Positions 1 through 9,510 of a DNA stretch of 64,000 nt are shown in pieces (position 1 is the first letter of the stretch; every line of letters begins with the position of its first letter). The stretch spans positions 9,028 through 73,027 of IMG/VR virus record IMGVR_UViG_3300021387_000334; one strand, written 5' to 3'. A model generated the notes under the pieces. That model did not search any database. It was given only the letters and a program-made list of their open reading frames with translations, and was not told the origin of the DNA. Source of the stretch: a virus. Its lineage: Duplodnaviria; Caudoviricetes. The translations under genes were made by a program, and so were the position numbers.

Positions 1-1
1 T

Positions 2-328
2 GATGTCGATGCCGTTCTCTGTCAACCAAACCAGCGGATTTTTGTCAGGATTCTCTGCCAGGTCTTGGAACATGGCTGCAATCCAGCGATTCTTATTCAG
101 TGCTTCAGACAACTGACTGCCCGACTTCCTTAGTTTCCTGTAGTTGTCGCGCTCATCAGCCATGCGGCCGTAGCGTGCTTCTTTATCCTCAAAGTCCACG
201 TCGGGATTATCCTCGCCGAACATGGCGGCATAGCGGTCTCTGTTTGGTCGGGCTGGCTGTTCGGCGGGCTGCTGCATTGCAGCGGCTTCCTGAGCCTGTT
301 CTCCGTTTTTCTTCGTTATTTCTGCCAT
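2..328 (-). CDS. 5' part of a probable capsid scaffolding protein (runs off the window edge; not in the ORF track)
   Basis: Open frame from ATG 328: MAEITKKNGEQAQEAAAMQQPAEQPARPNRDRYAAMFGEDNPDVDFEDKEARYGRMADERDNYRK...; acidic/helical; own late promoter; divergent from portal. Confidence 0.6.
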   Translation of the reverse strand, partial: MAEITKKNGEQAQEAAAMQQPAEQPARPNRDRYAAMFGEDNPDVDFEDKEARYGRMADERDNYRKLRKSGSQLSEALNKNRWIAAMFQDLAENPDKNPLVWLTENGIDI

Positions 329-346
329 AATGTAAGATTTATGGCG

Positions 347-389
347 CAAATATCTGAATTATTCGTCCCGCCTCTTCCGTGTTTTCACA
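347..389 (-). promoter_or_regulatory. Late promoter copy 1
   Basis: TGTGAAAACACGG-N22-GATATTTG-CGCC upstream of ATG 328. Confidence 0.7.
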
Positions 390-434
390 ATACCCCAATT
401 TTCGAATGTTAATAAATACTAAATGGCACCTGCA

Positions 435-477
435 TGTGAAAACACGGAAGATAAAGCACTCGCTTTATTTACTTTTG
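435..477 (+). promoter_or_regulatory. Late promoter copy 2 (portal operon)
   Basis: TGTGAAAACACGG-N22-TACTTTTG-CGCC. Confidence 0.8.
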
Positions 478-499
478 CGCCCATAAAGTAAGAGTGAAT

Positions 500-2470
500 A
501 TGGCAAAGATACGAACCCTATCACAGGCTACAGGCCGCATCCACGATTCCGTCAAGAGCCGGCATCGCCGCATGTCTGTGGATATTCCCGTCCGCAGGCG
601 CAGGAGGGTTGACTACGACCTCGTGCTGCGCTGTCAGCAGGCTTGGAACAACCTAGACGATGCCAGAAGAACTCGCGAACGGGTGAAGGAATATGTCTAT
701 GGCGACCAGTGGGGAGATATTATCCACTACCGTCACGGACAAATCACGGAGCGAGAGTATATCCAGCGCAAGGGTAATGTACCATTACAGAACAATATCA
801 TGATCTCCATCCTTGGCTCTGTCACAGGTCTCTACACCAAACAGGCTGGAGAGCCAAACTGCTTTGCCATGCGCAAGGATTCCCAGTGGCTCTCGGATAT
901 GATGTCGGCCACCATTCAGCAGAACTGGCAAAAGACAAAGCAGATGGATGCCCTGAAAGCAGCAATGGAGGACTTCTGTATTGGCGGCATGGCTATTGCC
1001 CGTGAGACCTATGAGGAAAAGATGGGTCGCCGTGTGGCTTGGACGGACTTCCCGAATGTGAATCATGCTTTTTGGGAGGCTGGCACAGACCCGCGCATGT
1101 CAGACCTACGAATGGTTGGTCTGCTACACGATGCCACCAGAGGCGAACTTTACTCCAAGTTCTGCAACGAGAAATACGGCTGGACGGTCGCTGAGATCAA
1201 TGAGGTCTTCAATATCCCGGACCCTCAGGATTATCCGGGCTATCCATCCAGCTCCGGTTATCAGCAGAACGAGCGCGAAAGTCTCTCCGCACTCTCTTTC
1301 GACAAGGCATCAGACAACGGCCTCTACCGTCTGATTGAGGTGTGGACGCAGGAGACCAAGACACGGTATCAATGCTATGACCCATTGGCCACCAAGGCCG
1401 ACGATATAGAATTTCGCGTCGAGGTGAAGGACATATGGCGAATCCAGCAGAAGAACCAAGAGCGCATCCGTCAGTATCAGGAGATGGGAATCCCCGAAGA
1501 GGAATGGGCTCTGATAGAATACGAACTGATTGAGGATTTGTATTGGTACTTCACTTATCTGACTCCCGATGGCACTGTGCTTGCCGAAGGTGAGACTCCA
1601 TACGAATCGAAGACTCACCCCTTCTCCATCAAACTCTATCCTTACGTCAACTCGGAGATACACCCCTTCATGGGTAATATCATCGACCAGCAGCGCTACA
1701 TCAACCGCCTGATTATCATGCACGACATGGCAGCACGCTCGGCTGCAAAGGGTATCATGATTTTCCCAATAGGCAATATCCCCGATGGAATGTCAAAGGA
1801 GGATATAGCCGAAGAGATTACCGAATACGACGGACTTCTATTCTTCGAGACGGATAAGATAAATCCTGCTCTCCGTCCAGAAATCATCACATCGGGAGCC
1901 GTGCAAATCGGTACGCAGGAACTCCTGCAGATGGAGCTTAACCTTGCACGCGACATCACCAACGTCAGCGGGGCACTCCAGGGCAAGACTCCCTCTGCCG
2001 GAACTTCTGCTGCCCGCTACGCACAAGAGACGCAGAACGCTACCACTTCTCTCGCATCCATCCTCCATGACTTCACTTCGTTCATGGAGTCGATTGCACA
2101 GAAGAAGTGCATGATGATCAAGCAGTACTACCGTCACTCAGACCTTGTAGTATCGCGCGACCATACTATCTTCTACGAGTACGACAATCTCTCTGCCCGT
2201 GACGTGGACTTTGAGGTGACTATCAAGGAGTCTGCCGCTACCGCTGCCTACCGTACCTACATCAACGACACCGCTCTCCAGCTCCTACAGATGCAGGCCA
2301 TCAACGTCAAGCAATACCTGGAGGTGGTCAACCTCCCCTATGCCGACGAACTCCTGCAAATCATCCAGCGTGACGAGGCACAGCAAATGGCCATGCAGCA
2401 GGAACTCATGGCGCAGGGGGTCAATCAGCAACAGGTTAATAACGCACAACAAATGTTACAGGCCGCATGA
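500..2470 (+). CDS. Portal protein (P22-like/podovirus type)
   Basis: ~656 aa; YVYGDQW, NIMISILGSVTG, IIDQQRYINRL, TNVSGALQGK, Q-rich C-terminal barrel; ATG 500 preferred over GTG 494. Confidence 0.85.
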   Translation: MAKIRTLSQATGRIHDSVKSRHRRMSVDIPVRRRRRVDYDLVLRCQQAWNNLDDARRTRERVKEYVYGDQWGDIIHYRHGQITEREYIQRKGNVPLQNNIMISILGSVTGLYTKQAGEPNCFAMRKDSQWLSDMMSATIQQNWQKTKQMDALKAAMEDFCIGGMAIARETYEEKMGRRVAWTDFPNVNHAFWEAGTDPRMSDLRMVGLLHDATRGELYSKFCNEKYGWTVAEINEVFNIPDPQDYPGYPSSSGYQQNERESLSALSFDKASDNGLYRLIEVWTQETKTRYQCYDPLATKADDIEFRVEVKDIWRIQQKNQERIRQYQEMGIPEEEWALIEYELIEDLYWYFTYLTPDGTVLAEGETPYESKTHPFSIKLYPYVNSEIHPFMGNIIDQQRYINRLIIMHDMAARSAAKGIMIFPIGNIPDGMSKEDIAEEITEYDGLLFFETDKINPALRPEIITSGAVQIGTQELLQMELNLARDITNVSGALQGKTPSAGTSAARYAQETQNATTSLASILHDFTSFMESIAQKKCMMIKQYYRHSDLVVSRDHTIFYEYDNLSARDVDFEVTIKESAATAAYRTYINDTALQLLQMQAINVKQYLEVVNLPYADELLQIIQRDEAQQMAMQQELMAQGVNQQQVNNAQQMLQAA

Positions 2471-2931
2471 CACTATCATTCTCTACTCTCAAACTGGCGG
2501 TAAAGCGTCACTTGTCAGTCATCGGCAAGCGAACCTATTCGAAGGACGGACAGAATCAGTTCTCGCAGATAACCGTGTCTACCGCCGAAGACCCTATCTT
2601 CGAGCAGTACCTTGCCGCAGCTGCCCAGCAGGTAGAAGCATTGCTGAGACAGTTGGTTAGCACCTTCTCACTGACAAGCACGGGTTTTACCCTGACTCTT
2701 CATAACACCAGAGGTGCAGCTGATTTCGAAGCCCGCTCAGAGGAATTGGTTACTACTTTCTGTGTTCTATACACGGTTGGCGAATACCTGGCCATGACCC
2801 GTCCAGATATGGCACAGAAATATCAGTCGGATGCCACGGGAGCCATGCAGTCGCTTCTCAGCTATGCCTTCTATAAGGAACCGCCAACATCGGTTGCCGA
2901 TCCGTTTGCGGCCAGTACATCAGTATCTTAA
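2467..2931 (+). CDS. Putative head-tail adaptor/ring protein
   Basis: ATGA-coupled to portal; helical; distant similarity to the next three ORFs. Confidence 0.55.
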   Translation: MTLSFSTLKLAVKRHLSVIGKRTYSKDGQNQFSQITVSTAEDPIFEQYLAAAAQQVEALLRQLVSTFSLTSTGFTLTLHNTRGAADFEARSEELVTTFCVLYTVGEYLAMTRPDMAQKYQSDATGAMQSLLSYAFYKEPPTSVADPFAASTSVS

Positions 2932-2943
2932 AATATCGAATAT

Positions 2944-3465
2944 ATGTCAAAGACTATCACTATTACCATCCCAAAGGCCGTTGTGGTTGAAGCCGTAAAG
3001 GGCGATACCACTATCACGGGAAATGTTGACCGTTCGGTTGATGCGGTCAAAAATGCGGGCGTGGCTTACAACGAACAGGCTGGCGATGATACTCATCATG
3101 AAAAGAAGATTGACCGCGCCATCCGTGCTGCCGTGTCGAAGTTTGAGGCAGAGATAGCGGAATTTGCTGATGGATCGGCTGGAAGCATCACTGATTCTTT
3201 CTCTGACAACATCATCATCACGCTCGTTGTGTCAGACCGATACAATGGAGGGCTGGCAAACCCACTCTCAGGCCTGGCGCAGGAGTATATCATCAATATG
3301 GCCCTCTACACATGGTGGATTTCCATCAAGCCCGACTTTGCCAAAGGATTCGCAACACTGGCCAGCGACACGCTGCCCTATGTCCGCAAGTGCTTCTCTA
3401 AGGTGGCCCCGGCCTCTTCCGCTTCATCCTATAACGACGTGACAGGAACCGTAACAGACAATTAA
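2944..3465 (+). CDS. Putative ring/adaptor protein, paralog of 3467-4231
   Basis: MSKTITITIPK..YNEQAGDD..VSDRYNGG..WW..RKCFSKVAP aligns with the next ORF. Confidence 0.6.
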   Translation: MSKTITITIPKAVVVEAVKGDTTITGNVDRSVDAVKNAGVAYNEQAGDDTHHEKKIDRAIRAAVSKFEAEIAEFADGSAGSITDSFSDNIIITLVVSDRYNGGLANPLSGLAQEYIINMALYTWWISIKPDFAKGFATLASDTLPYVRKCFSKVAPASSASSYNDVTGTVTDN

Positions 3466-3466
3466 T

Positions 3467-4231
3467 ATGAGCAAGACTATAACCCTTACACTCGTCAAAG
3501 CCCTGATTATTGAGTCGGTCAAGAATGAGACCTTCTTCCGGGGCAACGTCGATAAAGCCGTAGACCAGAAGGCCATTGCCTTAGCCTATCATGAGCAGGC
3601 TGGGGATGATACCTATCAGGAGAGGATGATGCAGAGAGGACTCTATACCGCTCTTGAAGAGCTGAAGACCCACCTCTCCGACTATCTTTCCACTTCGGGT
3701 TTCTCAGCAGCCGACAACAGTATTGAATCGTCTGACGATGGAGATAATATCGTCGTTCATCTGATTGTGTCAGACCGATTCAACAAAGGCTACACACAGA
3801 GCCTTGCGCGTCTTTCTGCCAAGTACATCGAAGAGTCTATCCTGATGGATTGGTGGAAACCCGTCAATGAGAAACAATCCGCACTTTATGCTCAGTTCGT
3901 TGAGCGTGACCTAGCTTCTATCAGACGATGCTTCAACAAAACCGCACCCACAGTCCCTACCGTACCTTACACTACCTATCTCCGTACCACCGGCTCTGCC
4001 TTCGAACTGGAGATTGGAGAAGAGGCTACCGTGACCTACGAAATATCGGATGGCGCTATCGACGATATTGAGTGCCGGGTGGAGGACAAGACACTGATCG
4101 ACGTTGGCCGCTCAGAAGATGGCTTTACGGTTATAGGCAAGCATCGCGGCCACACATGGATTCAGCTCTACTCCCGCCACAACGAGGAACTGACCCGTAC
4201 CCTCCACGTCTACATCACCGATCACAGTTAA
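3467..4231 (+). CDS. Putative ring/adaptor protein with C-terminal Ig-like domain
   Basis: MSKTITLTLVK..YHEQAGDD..VSDRFNKG..WW..RRCFNKTAP, plus an ~85-aa beta-rich Big_2-like tail. Confidence 0.6.
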   Translation: MSKTITLTLVKALIIESVKNETFFRGNVDKAVDQKAIALAYHEQAGDDTYQERMMQRGLYTALEELKTHLSDYLSTSGFSAADNSIESSDDGDNIVVHLIVSDRFNKGYTQSLARLSAKYIEESILMDWWKPVNEKQSALYAQFVERDLASIRRCFNKTAPTVPTVPYTTYLRTTGSAFELEIGEEATVTYEISDGAIDDIECRVEDKTLIDVGRSEDGFTVIGKHRGHTWIQLYSRHNEELTRTLHVYITDHS

Positions 4232-4255
4232 GTATACTGCGGTATCTCCGCAGTC
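4231..4255. promoter_or_regulatory. Palindrome/hairpin copy A
   Basis: AGTAT-ACTGCGG-TATCT-CCGCAGT-C. Confidence 0.5.
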
Positions 4256-4276
4256 CTTTAATATATAATAAGGTAT

Positions 4277-4906
4277 ATGGATATAAGACACAAAGAAAAA
4301 GGCTACCATCCCTTGCGCTTCGACCGCCCGGAGCCAGACGATAACTGGCCGTACCGCCATCAACCAAACAGTGGCGACGATAGGCAGTACGGCATCAAGT
4401 CCCCCAAGTTCGAACGGCATCTGTTCATCCGTCGAGACCAGATATTCTTTGATATAGATGCACAGCTTGGCATGTTGGCCGATGCCCGCAAGACTCCCGA
4501 TGGCACACAGGACGATACCCTGACGAATGCCACCACCAAGTATCAGCAGATGTTCTACCGCTGGATAGACTCGCACATCGGAGAGGCCAAGACCACAATG
4601 TCGGCTTTTGTTCTCGAAAAATTCCGTGAGTCGGCCATGAACTCCATCAAAGACCGTGATGAGATTGACATCACGCTTCTGATGCCCGAATGGTACGACG
4701 ACACCACATTCCCACAGCTTTGCGACAAGGTGCATGAATACGTGGTTGCTGCCACCCTGGCTGATTTCTGTACCATGCGCCTCACCACGAAAGATCCTGT
4801 GACCATCGACAAGGTAAACCAGAAGATTGAGTCGCAGGCAGAAGTCAAGAAACTCGTCAATGCTGCAAAGCCCGGACGTATCTCAAAACCCTTCAAACCC
4901 TTTTAG
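4277..4906 (+). CDS. Putative structural ring/adaptor protein
   Basis: Same operon; L..EY...L pattern shared with upstream paralogs. Confidence 0.5.
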   Translation: MDIRHKEKGYHPLRFDRPEPDDNWPYRHQPNSGDDRQYGIKSPKFERHLFIRRDQIFFDIDAQLGMLADARKTPDGTQDDTLTNATTKYQQMFYRWIDSHIGEAKTTMSAFVLEKFRESAMNSIKDRDEIDITLLMPEWYDDTTFPQLCDKVHEYVVAATLADFCTMRLTTKDPVTIDKVNQKIESQAEVKKLVNAAKPGRISKPFKPF

Positions 4907-4910
4907 AATC

Positions 4911-5405
4911 ATGGGAGAAATCAAGACATATATCATTATGGTAGTGGGGGCCTTGTTCACGCTCCTTAGTCCGATTCAGAATTTCATGTGGGCAATGGTC
5001 ACTCTTTTCGGAGTCAACTTTCTCTTCGGTCTCGTAGCTGCCATTGTCAACAAGGAGGGATGGAGCACCAAGAAGGCTCTGATGTTCTTTGCCTATTGTT
5101 TCATCTTCTTCGTTACCGCTGCCTCTTTCTTCGTGATAGGCCATTTCATGGACGAAGAAGACCAGGCTGTCGCAGTCGTTAAAATCTTGTGTTATGTTGC
5201 CATTTATATCTTTGGCACCAACATCTGTCGCAACTGGCTCAATATCCTGAGCAAGGGCACGGCATGGTACAAGTTTGTTGATCTTCTATACTACGTCCTT
5301 TCCGTCAAGTTCATCGAGCGTTTCGACATCGTGAAGAAATGGCAGGACGAGCGCAACAACAAGCCCTCAGAAGGCCGCACTATCCTCGACAAAGACGATA
5401 ACTAA
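4911..5405 (+). CDS. Holin
   Basis: Three to four hydrophobic segments, charged C-terminus, directly upstream of endolysin; start reassigned to ATG 4911. Confidence 0.75.
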   Translation: MGEIKTYIIMVVGALFTLLSPIQNFMWAMVTLFGVNFLFGLVAAIVNKEGWSTKKALMFFAYCFIFFVTAASFFVIGHFMDEEDQAVAVVKILCYVAIYIFGTNICRNWLNILSKGTAWYKFVDLLYYVLSVKFIERFDIVKKWQDERNNKPSEGRTILDKDDN

Positions 5406-5410
5406 AGTCC

Positions 5411-5435
5411 AGTACACTGCGATATTATCGCAGTC
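5411..5435. promoter_or_regulatory. Palindrome/hairpin copy B
   Basis: AGTAC-ACTGCGA-TATTA-TCGCAGT-C. Confidence 0.5.
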
Positions 5436-5449
5436 AAATTCCCAGAAGC

Positions 5450-5929
5450 ATGAAAAAAATGACCACCAGCAGGCTCGGCCTGCGCTTAATAAAGGACTTT
5501 GAAGGCTTGCGCCTTGGTGCATACCTCTGTCCCGCCGGAGTGCCTACCATCGGCTACGGCCATACGAAAGGAGTCAAGCTTGGCCAAGTAATCACCCACG
5601 AACAGGCAGATGATTATCTGATAGAGGACATTGCACCATTGGAGAGACATATTAACGCACTCGGCATCAATTTCCGTCAGGAACAGTTCGATGCCCTTGT
5701 GTCGTGGCTCTTCAACCTTGGCGTGGGCAATTTCAAGAAGTCCAACCTTTTGAAGCGCATCCAGGACGATTCCTCAGATCAGTCCATTGCCGCTGAGTTC
5801 ATCAAGTGGATTTACGCAGGCAAGACCCCATTGGCAGGCCTGAAGAAGCGGAGAGTGGCCGAAGCCAATATGTTCGTAGGCTACGAACTCTACTGTCTCG
5901 ACGACAAAAACAACATCAAGAAGAAATGA
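5450..5929 (+). CDS. Endolysin, GH24 lysozyme
   Basis: IKDFEGLRLGAYLCPAGVPTIGYGHT, FDALVSWLFNLG, GLKKRRVAE; Cys at the usual Asp position of E-x8-D-x5-T. Confidence 0.92.
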   Translation: MKKMTTSRLGLRLIKDFEGLRLGAYLCPAGVPTIGYGHTKGVKLGQVITHEQADDYLIEDIAPLERHINALGINFRQEQFDALVSWLFNLGVGNFKKSNLLKRIQDDSSDQSIAAEFIKWIYAGKTPLAGLKKRRVAEANMFVGYELYCLDDKNNIKKK

Positions 5930-6279
5930 GAGACGCAGGAGTACCATCACGACGTGAGAAGGCCAAGCTGGCCAATGCGATGGCCAAGACCGTGCAGGAC
6001 AAGATGATGAACTGGACGGAGGATAACTTCACCTACTTTGAGCAGACGATGGAGATGATACGCGAGGGCGCTCCCGTCCAATGGGTGAAGCTCTACATGG
6101 AGGCCGTCAAACTCGGTATCGTCAAGGAGTCCAACATCAATATCAACATCAACCGCCAGCAAGACCGTGAAAACCTACAGGCCCTCGTGCGTACCCGCAT
6201 CCCGCTACCCGATAACGGTACGTACACACCCTATGAGGAAATCAAGCAGCCCGAGAGAGTAGAGGTGAAGAGGGAATAA
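5926..6279 (+). CDS. Hypothetical helical protein (TerS-like role possible, unsupported)
   Basis: ATGA overlap with lysin stop; 117 aa. Confidence 0.6.
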   Translation: MRDAGVPSRREKAKLANAMAKTVQDKMMNWTEDNFTYFEQTMEMIREGAPVQWVKLYMEAVKLGIVKESNINININRQQDRENLQALVRTRIPLPDNGTYTPYEEIKQPERVEVKRE

Positions 6280-6411
6280 AAAAATCCCCCGACTTTCATT
6301 TATTAAGCAGTACCACCCACTTATATAAACGATACCCTACACAGGTGCGTCGGGGGAGTTATGTCCCGGACACTTGTGTAGGGCTTAGTGCGTCTATGTG
6401 GGGTGGTACGG
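6278..6411 (-). ncRNA. Candidate structured small RNA
   Basis: Minus-strand TAACTTTG at 6415-6422; nested stems 6310-6320/6398-6409 and 6335-6347/6371-6383; ends in a U-run. Confidence 0.45.
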
Positions 6412-6455
6412 GTGCAAAGTTACAAACAAAACTCGAAACAACAAAATTTTGCATC

Positions 6456-6683
6456 ATGAAAGTGGTTGAATTGTTGAAAATCGGTGCCGAAATGTTAAAG
6501 TTGATGTCAAAGAATGACGTCTTGCGGGATGATTGGCGTTTTGTCCCAATGTATGAATCTTATAAGGAGATGCGCTCAAACGGGATCAAATATCGTGAGT
6601 GCATCCGCATGCTATCAGAAGAATATAACGTCAGCCGCGCCACCATCGAACGAGCCATAAGGAGGTTGGAAGGAGAGTGTTAA
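6456..6683 (+). CDS. Small HTH DNA-binding protein
   Basis: C-terminal LSEEYNVSRATIERAIRRL HTH; start ATG 6456. Confidence 0.7.
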   Translation: MKVVELLKIGAEMLKLMSKNDVLRDDWRFVPMYESYKEMRSNGIKYRECIRMLSEEYNVSRATIERAIRRLEGEC

Positions 6684-6719
6684 TTGCCATCAGCTGGTGA
6701 TGTCTGAATGTTACGTATA

Positions 6720-6754
6720 CTGACGTATCACGTCAGTCATTATCCCTATCTTTG
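6720..6754 (+). promoter_or_regulatory. Palindromic operator and -7 promoter element of the cassette
   Basis: CTGACGT-ATC-ACGTCAG (6720-6736) then TATCTTTG (6747-6754). Confidence 0.6.
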
Positions 6755-6819
6755 CCATGTCTTCGCGCAAGGACAAAGAGATAGATATTATTAGTAACAA
6801 CTCAAACACAAATTTCATT

Positions 6820-7827
6820 ATGGCAGAAATTTATCAATTAGATGATCACAACCGGGGGCTTGACACCAACGGCTTGATTGCTGCCGCAGCCCTCGCCAAC
6901 GGCGGTGGCTTTGGTGGCGGTATGAACAATCCTCTTTGGATGATGTTCATGTATCCGTTCATTCTTCCTTTCCTTAGTATGTATGGAGGTGGATTTGGAG
7001 GCTTTGGTGGCTTTGGCGGTGGAGCAGGCAACCTTCTGGGTACTGGATTCATCAGCAATCAGCTGAACAACAACAGCGACAAGGAGACCATTCTCAATGC
7101 CCTGCAGTACAACCGCGAGGCTATCAGTCAGCTGGCTAACCAGTTTGGCACCAGCATCAGTGACGTGCAGAACAACATTGCCATTGCCAACTCTAAGCTG
7201 GCCGACATCGGCGCTCAGATGGGTATGACAGGTATGCATGTTATCAATGCCGTGCAGAACGGTGATGCTGCCATTGCCAAGCAGCTTTGTGAGTGCTGCT
7301 GCAATATGCGCTACGACCTTGCCCAGCAGACCAACACTTTGCAGGCCCAGGCAGCTCAGAACGCCGCACAGGCACAGCTGCAGCTGGCTAACCACGACTC
7401 GAACGTTCGCTTGCAACTGGCACAGAATGAAGCCGCAGACCAGCTGGCCGTCTGTCAGCAGACCAATGCACTCAGCACTCAGGCCGACCGCAACTATAAC
7501 GGTACGCTTGGAGCCATTGCAGCCCTTCAGACCAACATCACGAAGGAGTTCTGTGACATTCGCGAGCGTGAGATGCAGTCGAAGATTGACACACAGGCCG
7601 ACATTATCACTCAGCTTCGTGGTCAGGTGAGCAACGACAAGCAGACGGAGGCCATCGACAAGCGCTTTAATGCACTGGAGAACGCTCTGGCTACGTTTGC
7701 AGCCAAGCAGCCCAACACCGTACCCGTGGTATACCCGAACCTGACGGCAGTAAACCAAACTCCGTATGCAGGCGGCTATGGTTTCCCTTGGGGTAACGGC
7801 TTCGCTGGCGGTGGTGTAGTGTTCTAA
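6820..7827 (+). CDS. Uncharacterised Gly-rich/coiled-coil protein with CECCC motif
   Basis: Gly-rich segments flanking hydrophobic WMMFMYPFILPFL; long Q/N/A helical region; start ATG 6820. Confidence 0.8.
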   Translation: MAEIYQLDDHNRGLDTNGLIAAAALANGGGFGGGMNNPLWMMFMYPFILPFLSMYGGGFGGFGGFGGGAGNLLGTGFISNQLNNNSDKETILNALQYNREAISQLANQFGTSISDVQNNIAIANSKLADIGAQMGMTGMHVINAVQNGDAAIAKQLCECCCNMRYDLAQQTNTLQAQAAQNAAQAQLQLANHDSNVRLQLAQNEAADQLAVCQQTNALSTQADRNYNGTLGAIAALQTNITKEFCDIREREMQSKIDTQADIITQLRGQVSNDKQTEAIDKRFNALENALATFAAKQPNTVPVVYPNLTAVNQTPYAGGYGFPWGNGFAGGGVVF

Positions 7828-7853
7828 CAAAAACGGAATAAGGAGGTGAAAGT

Positions 7854-8189
7854 ATGAATTGCAATCCTATTTTAGCAACGAATGCAGGTGGTATTCCGTA
7901 TATCGTTAGCACTAACACAACCGTTGGCACAGAGACAGTGAACATTGCCCTGGGTCTGCGCAGGATCCAGCCCGTAGGCTACCTGACGGTCATCATCAAC
8001 GATGTAGTACCTACAGGGGCTACGGCAACCCTGCCCGTGACACTCTCGATGGGAGGCACGACAAGAGCCTTGACATTTGCCAACGGTACTCCGGTGACAG
8101 CCGCTGAACTGATTGGCGTTAGCAACATTCAGGTGTTCAACGACAGGACAAGGGGGCTGTTGACTCTGATGTCACGTACAATAGCGTAA
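7854..8189 (+). CDS. Hypothetical beta-rich protein (cassette)
   Basis: 111 aa, T/V/N-rich; AAGGAGGT upstream. Confidence 0.75.
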   Translation: MNCNPILATNAGGIPYIVSTNTTVGTETVNIALGLRRIQPVGYLTVIINDVVPTGATATLPVTLSMGGTTRALTFANGTPVTAAELIGVSNIQVFNDRTRGLLTLMSRTIA

Positions 8190-8217
8190 AGTAAAGAACT
8201 AAAAAAAAGTAATCATT

Positions 8218-8760
8218 ATGAATTTGGATTTTGGAAACTTAGGGAACGGAAGTACGTTCTATATCCTTACACAGTCAAAAGGCCAAAAGCCAACGCTGGA
8301 AGTGGGAACCGTGAAAGAGAAGGCACTTTTGCAGCCTCAGTATCAACTACAAGCAGTGCCAGGTGCCATGAACGGCATCACGCAACAGCAGAACGTCAGG
8401 CTGATAGTCACCATCGACGGAAGCGACAGGCCAATACCCGATATTCCTGCCAATGTAGAGATAGCTCAAAAGGGCGACGTGTTCTACACGGGAAGCCAGC
8501 AGGCCATCATACAAGCCATCGACCAGATGATGCAGGTTTCGAAGGGTGAGATCGAGAGAGATGCCTATAACCACATGGTGATTGATGCAGGAAAGGAAAT
8601 GATGGGCGTGGTGAATCCGCAGTATGCTGCCAGCGTGCAGCAGGAGAAGATCATCCGCGACCTTCAAGACCGCCAGGACGAACAAGGGAAGATGCTGAAG
8701 GACATCCATTCGCTTTTACAGGAGATTGTCGGCTCTGCTCCCAAGTCTCCAAAATCTTAA
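8218..8760 (+). CDS. Hypothetical protein with C-terminal coiled coil (cassette)
   Basis: 180-aa ORF in operon. Confidence 0.75.
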   Translation: MNLDFGNLGNGSTFYILTQSKGQKPTLEVGTVKEKALLQPQYQLQAVPGAMNGITQQQNVRLIVTIDGSDRPIPDIPANVEIAQKGDVFYTGSQQAIIQAIDQMMQVSKGEIERDAYNHMVIDAGKEMMGVVNPQYAASVQQEKIIRDLQDRQDEQGKMLKDIHSLLQEIVGSAPKSPKS

Positions 8761-8780
8761 AATAAAGAAAGGTAAAGACT

Positions 8781-9047
8781 ATGGCAACTTATTTCGTAGA
8801 CCGTGAGAACGAAGGGCAGAGTCCGTTGCGTTCTCAGATGCGCACACACATGCGCAACAACATGGGCGGCAGTCCGGGTGCAAACTCTTCCTCAGAATCC
8901 TATCGCCAAGGCTACAAGCATGGCTATAAGGAAGGCTGGGAAGACAAGGAAAAGGAGAAGATGCAGGAAATGATGAAGGACGACAAACTCATGAAGGAGT
9001 TTGAAGAGTTCCGTCGCCAGCGCGCTGCAAACGGCCAGTTTATGTAG
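8781..9047 (+). CDS. Hypothetical low-complexity charged protein (cassette)
   Basis: 88 aa; YRQGYKHGYKEGWED repeat-like motif. Confidence 0.7.
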   Translation: MATYFVDRENEGQSPLRSQMRTHMRNNMGGSPGANSSSESYRQGYKHGYKEGWEDKEKEKMQEMMKDDKLMKEFEEFRRQRAANGQFM

Positions 9048-9111
9048 ATTTTAAGGGGAGATTGCTATGCGGTTTCCCCTTATTAGATAGAAGACTAAAT
9101 ATTAAGAAGAT

Positions 9112-9510
9112 ATGAAACAGCTTATTTCAGAAGACAGGGCCATTTATGAGGACATGTATCACGGCCAGTTCTCAAAGAAACTCGCTGAGTGGGCTATCTC
9201 GTGCATGAAGAAGAAGGACTTCAACACGGGAGAAATGAAGGCGATACAGAAGATTCCCTTGCAGGAGGTGGAGAAGAAACTAAAGGAGTATGGTGCTGAG
9301 TTGCCGGAGAAAAGCAAATACACGGCTTGGTATCTGTGGCACATGGCACTGGCTGACTACCCAAATGCGCTCCCTACGGACGAACGCCGTGCATATTTTG
9401 TGTACGAAACGATTTGTGACCCTGACGGATGCCCTGCTAACGTGCTTGACTGCTTTGTGACCAAGATGTGTAACGCCGACGAACCCATCTTTTGGGAGGA
9501 AATGGTATGA
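9112..9510 (+). CDS. Hypothetical protein (cassette)
   Basis: 132-aa ORF in operon. Confidence 0.75.
   Translation: MKQLISEDRAIYEDMYHGQFSKKLAEWAISCMKKKDFNTGEMKAIQKIPLQEVEKKLKEYGAELPEKSKYTAWYLWHMALADYPNALPTDERRAYFVYETICDPDGCPANVLDCFVTKMCNADEPIFWEEMV

Noticed and set aside
100-330. 76-aa plus-strand ORF
   Set aside because: Antisense to the better-supported minus-strand scaffold-like gene
6838-7830. 330-aa antisense ORF
   Set aside because: Shadow of the low-complexity plus-strand gene; no independent signals
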